Below are positions 1 through 8,275 of a stretch of DNA of 21,193 nucleotides, in pieces (the stretch's first letter is position 1; each line of letters starts with the position of its first letter). Both the position numbers and the translations under genes were made by a program. The notes beneath the pieces are model-generated. The model had not been told where the DNA came from and ran no database searches. It worked only from the letters and a program-made list of their open reading frames with translations. The DNA comes from Planctomycetota bacterium. GTDB lineage: Bacteria > Planctomycetota > UBA8108 > UBA1146. The stretch lies in contig JAYZBV010000090.1 of NCBI GenBank assembly GCA_036338595.1, positions 1 through 21,193 on the forward strand, in the 5' to 3' direction.

Positions 1-1
1 A

Positions 2-325
2 CCGTTTGGATTCCGTCAGGATGTCATCGCCAAGAAGGCGACTCGAAGTCGTAGGAAGAAAAAACTGGATGGTCTCGATGCGGTGCAGTCGAGTCTGTTT
101 GAACAACTCAGGCAGTATCGACTGGAGATCTCGCGGCAACTGGAAGTTCCCCCCTACACCATCTTTCACGATTCAACGCTGGTGGAGATGTCGCAACTTC
201 GTCCCCAGACCCTCGGCCAGATGTCATCGATCTCGGGAGTGGGGCAGAAGAAACTGGAGAAGTGGGGCAACGGGTTCCTCGAAGTCATCACCTCTCACGG
301 CTTTTCCGGAGGGACGACCCTCTGA
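2..325 (+). CDS. recQ: 3' end of a RecQ-family DNA helicase (C-terminal HRDC domain); 5' part lies outside the window
   Basis: The frame is open from position 2 (PFGFRQDVIAKK...) to TGA 323-325. LFEQLRQYRLEISRQLEVPPYTIFHDSTLVEM...ISGVGQKKLEKWG matches the RecQ-type HRDC pattern. HRDC also occurs in other helicases. Confidence 0.8.
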   Translation, partial: PFGFRQDVIAKKATRSRRKKKLDGLDAVQSSLFEQLRQYRLEISRQLEVPPYTIFHDSTLVEMSQLRPQTLGQMSSISGVGQKKLEKWGNGFLEVITSHGFSGGTTL

Positions 326-327
326 AG

Positions 328-1203
328 ATGCTACTGCTCTCACTGGCTCTGGTGGGATGCCAGCATTTCGGAACCACGGGTGAAGTTTCCGTGGTGGTGG
401 GTCCGGTTTCTGAGCAACTTCGCACGAGCCTCGATCTGGATCCTTTTTATCAGCAACATTCGGATGCGCTCGGCTTTCCGGTGCTCGCCAGCGCAGAGGT
501 TCAGCCGGAGTCCCTTGCGGAGGCACGTTATCTGATCCTCAAGATGCTCGGACATCGTCCCGAGGTTCTCACCGCAATGGCTGCAAACCGAACTCGCTTC
601 ACGGTGATGGCCCATGACGAGTGGACCACCGATGTTCCGGAACATTCTGACCTGCGCCCTCCCGAATACTGGGATCGACGCGCTCGGGGACTCGGCGCAA
701 CTTCTTCGAGACCGTCCGTTTCCTGTGGCGAAGAGAATCTCCTCGCCATGGATGGAGATCCATACTCGACCGAGAACATCCTCATCCATGAGTTCGCTCA
801 CGCCATCCACGAGATGGGCCTATCTACAGTGGACCCGACATTCGATCCCCGGCTCAAGAAGGCCTATCAGCAGGCGATGGGGCAGGGGTTATGGAAGGGG
901 GCCTACGCTTCGACCAACAGGATGGAGTACTGGGCAGAAGCTGTGCAGAGCTGGTTCGATACCAACAGGGAAAATGACAACCAGCACAATCACATCGATA
1001 CACGTCAAGAGCTCGAGGAGTATGACCAGCCGGTTGCTGCACTATGTAGAGAAGTGTTCGGGGTTGGCGATTGGAGATATGTCCATCCGACATTGCGCCA
1101 GCACGAAGCGCATCTTCGCGCCATCGATCGAGATAACTTGCCGGTTTTTCGCTGGGCAGAAGGCATGGAAGAGGCCTACAAGGCCCACCCTAGATCCGAG
1201 TGA
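328..1203 (+). CDS. Zinc metallopeptidase (zincin, anthrax lethal factor/MtfA-like clan), probable lipoprotein; start uncertain (CTG 322 or ATG 328)
   Basis: ILIHEFAHAIH (HEXXH) plus downstream NRMEYWAE as the likely third-ligand Glu helix. N-terminal LLLSLALVG-C is a lipobox-like signal. Confidence 0.75.
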   Translation: MLLLSLALVGCQHFGTTGEVSVVVGPVSEQLRTSLDLDPFYQQHSDALGFPVLASAEVQPESLAEARYLILKMLGHRPEVLTAMAANRTRFTVMAHDEWTTDVPEHSDLRPPEYWDRRARGLGATSSRPSVSCGEENLLAMDGDPYSTENILIHEFAHAIHEMGLSTVDPTFDPRLKKAYQQAMGQGLWKGAYASTNRMEYWAEAVQSWFDTNRENDNQHNHIDTRQELEEYDQPVAALCREVFGVGDWRYVHPTLRQHEAHLRAIDRDNLPVFRWAEGMEEAYKAHPRSE

Positions 1204-1218
1204 ATCACTTCGGGTAGA

Positions 1219-1992
1219 TCAAGGACAGGGTCCAGGCACCAGACAGCCAAGACTGTCTGCGGTCGGATCGGCTCCACAGAAGTCCGCTCCAGGAGGCGCC
1301 GGCGGTGTCCCACCGTTGAACAGAAAGCTGAGAAAGAAGATCGCATCCGCGATATTCAGAGAATTGTCGTCATTGCTATCGCAACTGTCGACACAGGTGC
1401 TGATCGCCCCCCCGGAAAATAGATTTGTCAGCAAGAAGATCGCATCTGCAACATTGGCACTGCCATCGGTGTTGCAATCACCGCGCAGAAAATCTGGATC
1501 GGAAACTCCACTGGCACAGGGACCCACATCGGTCGGGATCGAGTTGGCCGCAACGTCTGAAAACACGGGGTTCTCGATGCAGATCTCGGGAGCACCCGAA
1601 GGACAGGCGTCACACTGGAAGCCCACTATCACCAGCACTTCGGGGAGAATGGTTGGCGGTATCTCTACCAGGGTCAATGAGTAGCCGAGCACGGTCCCAC
1701 TGGTGGGCCCCACTCCAAGGGTATATCCGAAGTTGTAGGCCAGACCATCGTAGGCAGTTGTGAGCAGCACATCGACAGGCTCGAACACAAGGTCGAACTG
1801 GAATCCGGCGATGGGCACGGTGCTGGTCATCATCATCCTTACAGAACCGGATCCGGTGGCAGCGTCATACTCGATGGTGCCGAGTTCCAGCAGGATTTCC
1901 GAGCCGAGGGGGGGTACGGGGGGCAGAGGTACCTGTGCGGCAACTGGTGCGGAGAGCAACAGGATGGTGCTGGCAATGAAGAAGATTCTCAT
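1219..1992 (-). CDS. Secreted 257-aa protein with a cohesin-like beta-sandwich and a C-terminal Cys-rich dockerin-like (Ca-binding repeat) domain
   Basis: ATG 1992 follows AAGGAG. Signal peptide MRIFFIASTILLLSAPVAA-Q. PIAGFQFDL...GTVLGYSL is cohesin-like. The twin repeats RGDCNTDGSANVADAIFLL and DSNDDNSLNIADAIFFL are dockerin-like. The ORF-track start at 2199 overlaps the upstream gene. Confidence 0.8.
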   Translation of the reverse strand: MRIFFIASTILLLSAPVAAQVPLPPVPPLGSEILLELGTIEYDAATGSGSVRMMMTSTVPIAGFQFDLVFEPVDVLLTTAYDGLAYNFGYTLGVGPTSGTVLGYSLTLVEIPPTILPEVLVIVGFQCDACPSGAPEICIENPVFSDVAANSIPTDVGPCASGVSDPDFLRGDCNTDGSANVADAIFLLTNLFSGGAISTCVDSCDSNDDNSLNIADAIFFLSFLFNGGTPPAPPGADFCGADPTADSLGCLVPGPCP

Positions 1993-2107
1993 CAGGAAAC
2001 TCCTTGAATGAAATGCTGGCCCGAACAGAGACGACACCCAGCCCGACCCTCTGTCAGGCGAGTCACATCCACCCATCATATAGGCGATACCGACTTCGCC
2101 CCACTGG

Positions 2108-3556
2108 TTAGTTTGTTCCGCCAGTCGCTTCTGGATCGCCATCCGTAGGCCTTTCCGGCTTTTTTCCAGGTTCAGCGGTGTGAAGTCTGAGTTTTTCATC
2201 AGGGGGGGTGAGGATCAAGATGGCAATGGTGCAGCCGATTCGATGCTTGCCGAGATACGAATCGCCGCCATTGTTCCGCTTGCCGCCAATGTAGTGCAAG
2301 GAACCATCGGGACGATGCATCAGCGAGAGATACCAGCGCCACTCGTTGAAGAAGTTCCAGTACCCTTCACGGTCAAGGCGCCAGAGCGCCGAAGGAGCGA
2401 GCATCATTCCCAGGGAGCCGACAGCATGAGCCTCTCTGGTTCTGCTCGGATGGGAGGCGAGATAGTTGCCCAGTTTCTGTGCCATCTCCGGTTCCCTGCC
2501 AGCGATGGCGAGCGCCAGCGCCATCGATGATGTGCGAAGCGATGCATCTCCGGTGCCCGTGCCCTTCATCGTCCAGTAGCGGATTCCTCCGTTTGGGTCC
2601 ATCGATTGCTGGATCTGCTCGAGGCTCTTTGACCATGAGTTTTCGTCCAGCTCAATTCCAGCCTGGGCTCCCATCGACCACGCAAGTTGGGAGAGCGTGT
2701 TGATGACATTGAACCCCTTGTTGCTGTAGCCGGGAACGATGTCGTGCCCGAACAGACCCTCCTCGCTCATCCTTGCAGAAAGCGCCTTGCAGCAGCGCTC
2801 GATCACGGCATCGTCGCGCTCATCACCGGTGGCGATGCGATGTTCAGCGAGCGCAACTGCGGTGGCGGAGATCGCCCAGTTGCCCAGATTGTCCGGTCCT
2901 TTTTGCTTCGGATCATCGGGGATCCAGGATTTTCCATCTGAACCCCTCAGCCAGTTCGCCGCCTTTTCTATCGCATCGCGATTCTCATCCAGATGCGCAG
3001 AAAGAAGTGCGGTCATTGCCCAGGCGGTGAGGACGCGGTCCCCGGTCAATCCCACCGGGGAATTCCAATACCCTCCTTTGGTCATCGTGTTACGTAACTG
3101 CCGTGAGGCATCGGTGACGAGCAATCGCCGACCCTCTTCGCTCGACAAGCCAGGTCGTTGCGGTAATTCGATCGTGAGCTGGATCGTGTCCGAGTCGCGG
3201 ATCAGATCCAGCACGATCCTTCGTTGTTCTGTCAGGGGATGAGATGCCAGTTCATCGAGGGCTTCGCCCAGCGACTTCTGCGGCCCCTTCCCGCCGTCAT
3301 CGAGTCGATTTGTGTGAGCTTCGAATGGGATCCCGTTGATCCCCTGGATCTGATCACCAACGATGAGGCCGGATAGTGCTGCTGGTGAGTCAGGATCGAT
3401 GGAGATGACACTCAGCAAGGGGCTTTTCGGGACCACCTCCCCTCGTCCACCGAGGATTCCGATGGGAAACTGTTCCGAAGCCCGCGCCCAGGCCGTGACT
3501 ACCAGGGATAGAGCAATGATGGACAACAAGAGCATTGTCGCTGCATTGGGTCTCAT
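2108..3556 (-). CDS. Secreted PDZ + alpha/alpha-barrel protein, DUF6288-like
   Basis: ATG 3556 follows GGAGG. Signal peptide ends in AWARA-S. PDZ-like SIDPDSPAALSGLIVGDQIQGING, then helical repeats with QxxDGGxxY-like turns (QQSMDPNGGIRY, LMHRPDGSLHY). Confidence 0.65.
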   Translation of the reverse strand: MRPNAATMLLLSIIALSLVVTAWARASEQFPIGILGGRGEVVPKSPLLSVISIDPDSPAALSGLIVGDQIQGINGIPFEAHTNRLDDGGKGPQKSLGEALDELASHPLTEQRRIVLDLIRDSDTIQLTIELPQRPGLSSEEGRRLLVTDASRQLRNTMTKGGYWNSPVGLTGDRVLTAWAMTALLSAHLDENRDAIEKAANWLRGSDGKSWIPDDPKQKGPDNLGNWAISATAVALAEHRIATGDERDDAVIERCCKALSARMSEEGLFGHDIVPGYSNKGFNVINTLSQLAWSMGAQAGIELDENSWSKSLEQIQQSMDPNGGIRYWTMKGTGTGDASLRTSSMALALAIAGREPEMAQKLGNYLASHPSRTREAHAVGSLGMMLAPSALWRLDREGYWNFFNEWRWYLSLMHRPDGSLHYIGGKRNNGGDSYLGKHRIGCTIAILILTPPDEKLRLHTAEPGKKPERPTDGDPEATGGTN

Positions 3557-3629
3557 TGACTTCCTCCGGGAGGTATTCTGCCCGTGAGGATCGATGAAAG
3601 CACTCGTCAAGAAGACTAGATTGTTACCG

Positions 3630-4712
3630 ATGAAGAACACTCGTAAGACGCATCCTGTATTCCACTCAGTGCTCTTTCTTGCGCTGGTAGCAGCGATTTC
3701 GCTGATGGTTGCCATCGAATTCGAGCGGGTCAGCGCAGCACCAGCGGGAACGCCGAAGATCGTCCTGGTCGAGACGGAGGCCGACTATGGCGACCTTCTT
3801 CAGGGTGAACTGATCGAGCGAGACATACTCATCCGAAACGACGGCGATGAGGTGCTCAACCTGTGGCGAGCAAATCCATCCTGTAGCTGCACCAAGATAT
3901 TGAAAAAGCCGGCTACAGTAGCTGCTGGTGAAACGGTGTCGGTACGCGTCCAGATCGATTCCAAGAAGATCAAGCCCGGGGATAACCGCAAGGGCGTTAC
4001 CTTCGAATCAGACGATCCGCAGCAGCCAAGATTGCAGTTCATCTTCACGACAAATGTCATTGGTTTGTTCAGGACGGTTCCCGACCCGATCCAGTTGATC
4101 GGATTGATGGGAGAATCAAAGACCAGAAAAGTGCAGTTGTTTGCAATCTCCCACCTCGGGTTCGAGGTTGCCGGGGCGAGATCGAGAAACGGGGAGTTCG
4201 AGATCACAGATTTCAATGAGATCGAAAAGCACAGGCTCTACGAACTGGAAGTCTCTACGGGCCCATCGGAATCTCCGAGAAACCTGAAAGATCCTCTCGA
4301 TCTTCTCATCCGGGTCAAGGATGGCAGGGAGGTCGTGGTCGGGAGATATGTAGAGATCGAGCATCTAGATCCGGTCCAGATCACGCCACCCAGAGTTTTT
4401 CAATTTGGCAACAAGGATACGGATCGACTACTTGGTGACGGTGATCCCGTCGTCACGAAGTACATCCAGGTACAATACCTCGACAAGGTCAAATCTCTTG
4501 AGGTGAAGGCGATTCGGCTTGAGGGTTTTCCCGACGGTCTGTTCGAGATCGAAGTTCAGGAACTGGTGCCTGGCAAGACCTTTCGCATCGGAGTCACGCT
4601 GGGTGAATACCGCAAGGAACTGTTGCTCAGGGGTCAGTTGATCATCGTCACAAGTGATGCAAGGCTGCCCGAAAGAACATTGCAGATGGCCGCAAAATTC
4701 GGACGCCTCTAG
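3630..4712 (+). CDS. DUF1573 (Ig-like) domain exported protein; alternative start 3594
   Basis: N-terminal hydrophobic segment, then DYGDL...IRNDGDEVLNL...PSCSCT...VAAGET, the typical DUF1573 signature. Further beta-rich segments follow. Confidence 0.75.
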   Translation: MKNTRKTHPVFHSVLFLALVAAISLMVAIEFERVSAAPAGTPKIVLVETEADYGDLLQGELIERDILIRNDGDEVLNLWRANPSCSCTKILKKPATVAAGETVSVRVQIDSKKIKPGDNRKGVTFESDDPQQPRLQFIFTTNVIGLFRTVPDPIQLIGLMGESKTRKVQLFAISHLGFEVAGARSRNGEFEITDFNEIEKHRLYELEVSTGPSESPRNLKDPLDLLIRVKDGREVVVGRYVEIEHLDPVQITPPRVFQFGNKDTDRLLGDGDPVVTKYIQVQYLDKVKSLEVKAIRLEGFPDGLFEIEVQELVPGKTFRIGVTLGEYRKELLLRGQLIIVTSDARLPERTLQMAAKFGRL

Positions 4713-5806
4713 GTAGACGTCGAACCACCCGAGGACTCGCCTCCGCCTCCGCCTTCACCTGCACCTGGTTTTCGGCTGCGACGCCTGCGTCGTTTTCTCT
4801 TTCTCCCTGTCCCGTCACCCTGAGGTGCTGGATCCTTGCGTGGGGCCTGGCCCTCCTCAGGCTTGCCACCCGCTTGACCTGGTTTTCGACGCCGTCTTCT
4901 GCGTTTTCGAGCAGGATTGGGAGTATCACCGCCAGCGGCCGTTGAACTTGCGACCGTCTCTCCGGTTCGTTTCTTACCGCCACGCCGAGATCGCTTTCTA
5001 CGCGAGGAGCCACCCTCTCCTCTGGGTGCGGAGGAAGACTCGGATCGTGATCGACTGCTCCGCACCGTTCGTTTGCTGCGCGCCCGCTTGGGGGAACTCT
5101 TCTTCTCTTCTTCAGCGAAGGGGTCGGGACGATCCTTGCGCTCTGCAGTGCGGGAGCGGAACTGTGTCGGCAGTGCTTCCGGAATCACCTCGCTGTCGTC
5201 ATCGGCGAATTCACGTCCTCCCAGCAGTGCTCTGAGGGCACGAAGAAATCGATCAAATGTATCGTCAGGGATTCCTGAGTTATTACCGTCGACGGTGGGA
5301 TCGGAAGTGACCGCGGCAGACTCCGGAGCCTTTGTTTCCGAGCCAGTGTTCTGGTTGCTGGCAGTGGCTGGTTGATTGCGGCGGTTTCTCCCCCGTCCTC
5401 GTCCTCGACGGGAGCGACGAGTCTCACCAGGTACGGCATTGGACCCACTCGAGTCGACGAGCCGCCCATCCTTGAGCAAGATCTCGACTGACCAGGAGAT
5501 CACATCATCGGTGTCTTCAGGGGGGCTGTCAGATGCATCCTTCCCCCCATCGCCATCCGGGACATCGATTCGGTCCGCACTTCGGTAGTAGACCTCGTTC
5601 CAGTCCCAAATACGGCTCTCGTCAAGCGCAGACCAGAAATCTACCCACTGCTGAGGTTCAGGTTTCACCTCTTCAGTGGCGACCTCGGTCCATTCGGGGG
5701 CGAACCGACGCCAGACGACCTGCCCACCTTCCCAGCGAACCTGCCAGGAGATGCGTCCGAAGCCGCCGTACTTGATGTTGAAGTTGTCCGGTTCAACCTT
5801 TTCCAA
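4709..5806 (-). CDS. Hypothetical protein: Trp-rich N-terminal domain plus a long Arg/Gly/Ser-rich disordered tail
   Basis: 365-aa ORF with TTG start that fills the gap between neighbours. Ordered-looking WVDFWSALDESRIWDWNEVY and SWSVEI...SSGSNAVP segments. Tail contains RKRRRRRRK and RKRKRRRRRSRK. Confidence 0.75.
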   Translation of the reverse strand: MEKVEPDNFNIKYGGFGRISWQVRWEGGQVVWRRFAPEWTEVATEEVKPEPQQWVDFWSALDESRIWDWNEVYYRSADRIDVPDGDGGKDASDSPPEDTDDVISWSVEILLKDGRLVDSSGSNAVPGETRRSRRGRGRGRNRRNQPATASNQNTGSETKAPESAAVTSDPTVDGNNSGIPDDTFDRFLRALRALLGGREFADDDSEVIPEALPTQFRSRTAERKDRPDPFAEEEKKSSPKRARSKRTVRSSRSRSESSSAPRGEGGSSRRKRSRRGGKKRTGETVASSTAAGGDTPNPARKRRRRRRKPGQAGGKPEEGQAPRKDPAPQGDGTGRKRKRRRRRSRKPGAGEGGGGGESSGGSTST

Positions 5807-5881
5807 GGTAATCCACTGTCCAATCCGAGGCAGAGTTCTCTCCGAGCAAGATCGGAGATTACCACGATGTGGGGGGGGAGG

Positions 5882-6652
5882 TCATCCCTCCTCCCGGTCC
5901 AGTTGGGCCCTGAGTTGTCGGATCACTGCCGGATCAGGGGTAGTTCTCTGACCGGAGTCATCGAGGCCCTTCCTGCCGAGGGGGATTTTTCCCTGAATAT
6001 TATCAGACGACTCGGCTCCATCGGGAGAGGGACTTTCTTGACGGGCACTCAGATGAAGCCATCTCACACCACTTCGACGCACCAGTTCGAGGGCATGGGA
6101 TGGGTAGACACCACCACCGGCAAGTACCTCGATCCGTCCCTCGGCAGCTTCGACTATTCTTGCCAGTTCCTCGACTCCTTCGATGGCGGTCATGGCGCCA
6201 CCCGAGCTCAGTAGCCGCTGGCAGCCGGCATCGATGATCCGCTCCAGTCCCTGGATTCGATCGGTGCAATGATCAAAAGCCCTGTGAAATGTGACGGGGA
6301 CGCCATCACACCCATCGACCAACGACCGCAATGCCCCACCATCGACTTCACCATTTGCTTTCAGTGCACCCAGTACGATTCCATCGGCTCCGGATTCGAT
6401 ATGACTGGCGATCTCATCTCGCATCAGTGCGATGTCTTCATCGTCCAGAATGAAATCGCCAGGCCGAAGCCGGATCATGGCAGCGACAGGGATGCCCCCC
6501 TGAATGGACTTTCGTAGAGATGAACTGGTCGGGGTCAGTCCGCCCAGATCCAGTGCACTACACATCTCCACCCTGTCTGCACCTGCATTCGCAACAGTTG
6601 GGGCGTGGGAAGGGTCATCGATGCAGATCTCGATGCAGATCCTGTCATGCAT
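5882..6652 (-). CDS. cutC: CutC family protein (copper homeostasis annotation, TIM barrel)
   Basis: IEIC, GADRVEMCSALDLGGLTP, MIRLRPGDF, VTFHRAFD, RLLSSGG and LAGGGV are CutC motifs. Confidence 0.93.
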   Translation of the reverse strand: MHDRICIEICIDDPSHAPTVANAGADRVEMCSALDLGGLTPTSSSLRKSIQGGIPVAAMIRLRPGDFILDDEDIALMRDEIASHIESGADGIVLGALKANGEVDGGALRSLVDGCDGVPVTFHRAFDHCTDRIQGLERIIDAGCQRLLSSGGAMTAIEGVEELARIVEAAEGRIEVLAGGGVYPSHALELVRRSGVRWLHLSARQESPSPDGAESSDNIQGKIPLGRKGLDDSGQRTTPDPAVIRQLRAQLDREEG

Positions 6653-6890
6653 GATCGTGCAGACCCCTTCCAGTAAGATTTTCCTGTGCGATGATCTTTC
6701 CGGATGATGTAGGTTAGTCTCTCTACATGCAATCCCGGCCGAAGATCCAGAGTGAGTAGTTTTGAAGTACCTGATTTCCTGGATCTGGACAATGGCAGCA
6801 GAGGTCCAGGGTGTTTGGCGTTACCAGTTCACTCCTCTATCGACGCTGCAGCCCTCTGGTATCGAATCCAGGTGAACAGGAGATGACGAG

Positions 6891-8210
6891 TTGAACCCTG
6901 CAAGGTCTTACATTTCATTTCTGATATTGTTTCTGACTGCCATCGGCTCATCCGGCTGTATGGGTATTCCTGGCAGATCCCAGCCACTCAATGAGCACCA
7001 GAGAGAACTCTATCGGGAGTCCTATCAGATGGTCTGTGATCAAATCGACACGACCTTCTGGGATCCGGATGCACTCGGAGAGAAGTGGGAGCAGGCGAAG
7101 GAAACACAACGAGCATCGCTGGAGGACGCAAGCACTGTAAAGGAAGCTCGCAATGCGATGCAGGGGTTGTTGAGCGGCCTGAATCTGTCCCACTTCGGGA
7201 TCATCCCCGGAAGCGCTTCCGAAGGACTGGGAGAAGGCGGTAGCGCCGAGACGGGGGTCGTGCTGCGAGTGGCCGATGGGCGTGCGGTTGTCGTCAGGAT
7301 CGAGGGGGATAGTCCGGCAGAGCGCAGTGGGATCGTTCCAGGAGAGATCGTGGTGGCGGTCGGAGAGAAGCAGTTGGAGCCTCTCATCGAGCGATGGGCT
7401 GCCGATGGCAATCACTATCTTCCTGTTCAGGGCATGGCATCGACGATGCAGGGATCCGCGGGGGATACTCGCACTTACACGATTGAAGATGCCGATGGAA
7501 ATCTGAGAGATGTCGAGATCACGCTGAACACTCCGGACGGAACCGGTAAGCCGGTGAAGTTTGGTCACATCGGTCCGATCCCGCTTCGGCTGGAAACAAA
7601 GTTAGTCGAGGGTGGATATCTGTATATGCGCTTCAACATGTTTCTCGGGCCGATGCAGGTGATGCCATGGTTCCAGAAGGCGCTGAAAGAACATGTAGAT
7701 GCTCCCGGACTCATCCTTGATTTGAGGGGAAACCCTGGAGGGTTGGGTCTGATGGCTTGCGGTATTGCAGGCTGGCTGATCGAGGGAGATGGTTTCGAAC
7801 TGGGTGAGATGCAGTTTCGAGACACCAAGATGAAATTCGTGGTCAATCCGAGACTCGATCCGTGGAAGAAGCCGGTGGCGATCCTGGTCGATGAGGGCAG
7901 TGCCTCGACCACCGAGATTCTTGCCCAGGGACTGCAGGATCTGGGCGTGGCGAGGATTTTCGGTCGTACCACGGCGGGAGCCGCGTTGCCGTCGATGATC
8001 GTGAGGCTACCCTGCGGGGATCTGCTGCAGTACGCCATCGCCGGATACCATTCCCGATCTGGAAAACGGCTCGAAGGTATCGGTGTGTTACCGGATGAGG
8101 TGATCCCGGTCGACCCGGAAAAGATCAGAGATGAGGGCGATCCGATCCTGAATGCCGCCTTGCGCTGGTTCGAGGGAAGTACTGGTGTCAGGGAGGAAAC
8201 GAGTCGATGA
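6891..8210 (+). CDS. S41 family peptidase with PDZ domain, lipoprotein
   Basis: TTG start after AGGAG (6878-6882). Lipobox-like IGSSG-C, PDZ GDSPAERSGIVPGE, ILDLRGNPGG, catalytic-Ser region DEGSASTTEIL, GRTTAGA, LEGIGVLPD. Confidence 0.92.
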   Translation: MNPARSYISFLILFLTAIGSSGCMGIPGRSQPLNEHQRELYRESYQMVCDQIDTTFWDPDALGEKWEQAKETQRASLEDASTVKEARNAMQGLLSGLNLSHFGIIPGSASEGLGEGGSAETGVVLRVADGRAVVVRIEGDSPAERSGIVPGEIVVAVGEKQLEPLIERWAADGNHYLPVQGMASTMQGSAGDTRTYTIEDADGNLRDVEITLNTPDGTGKPVKFGHIGPIPLRLETKLVEGGYLYMRFNMFLGPMQVMPWFQKALKEHVDAPGLILDLRGNPGGLGLMACGIAGWLIEGDGFELGEMQFRDTKMKFVVNPRLDPWKKPVAILVDEGSASTTEILAQGLQDLGVARIFGRTTAGAALPSMIVRLPCGDLLQYAIAGYHSRSGKRLEGIGVLPDEVIPVDPEKIRDEGDPILNAALRWFEGSTGVREETSR

Positions 8211-8275
8211 TCGATTCCTCAGAGATGGATCGATCCTGAAACTCTGGTCGTTGAGCGGTGAACAGGAGTATCGAG

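Noticed and set aside
614..1684. 356-aa plus-strand ORF
   Set aside because: Out of frame within the metallopeptidase and antisense to the dockerin gene; Ser/Arg/Pro-rich shadow composition.
1993..2199. N-terminal extension of the dockerin ORF (similar extensions at 3557-3715, 10406-10468 and 15444-15509)
   Set aside because: Downstream starts have clear RBS sequences and give proper signal peptides or family N-termini; some extensions overlap neighbouring genes.
6619..6642. Tandem repeat TCGATGCAGATC x2
   Set aside because: Only two copies, inside cutC, encoding RICIEICI; not a CRISPR or regulatory repeat.
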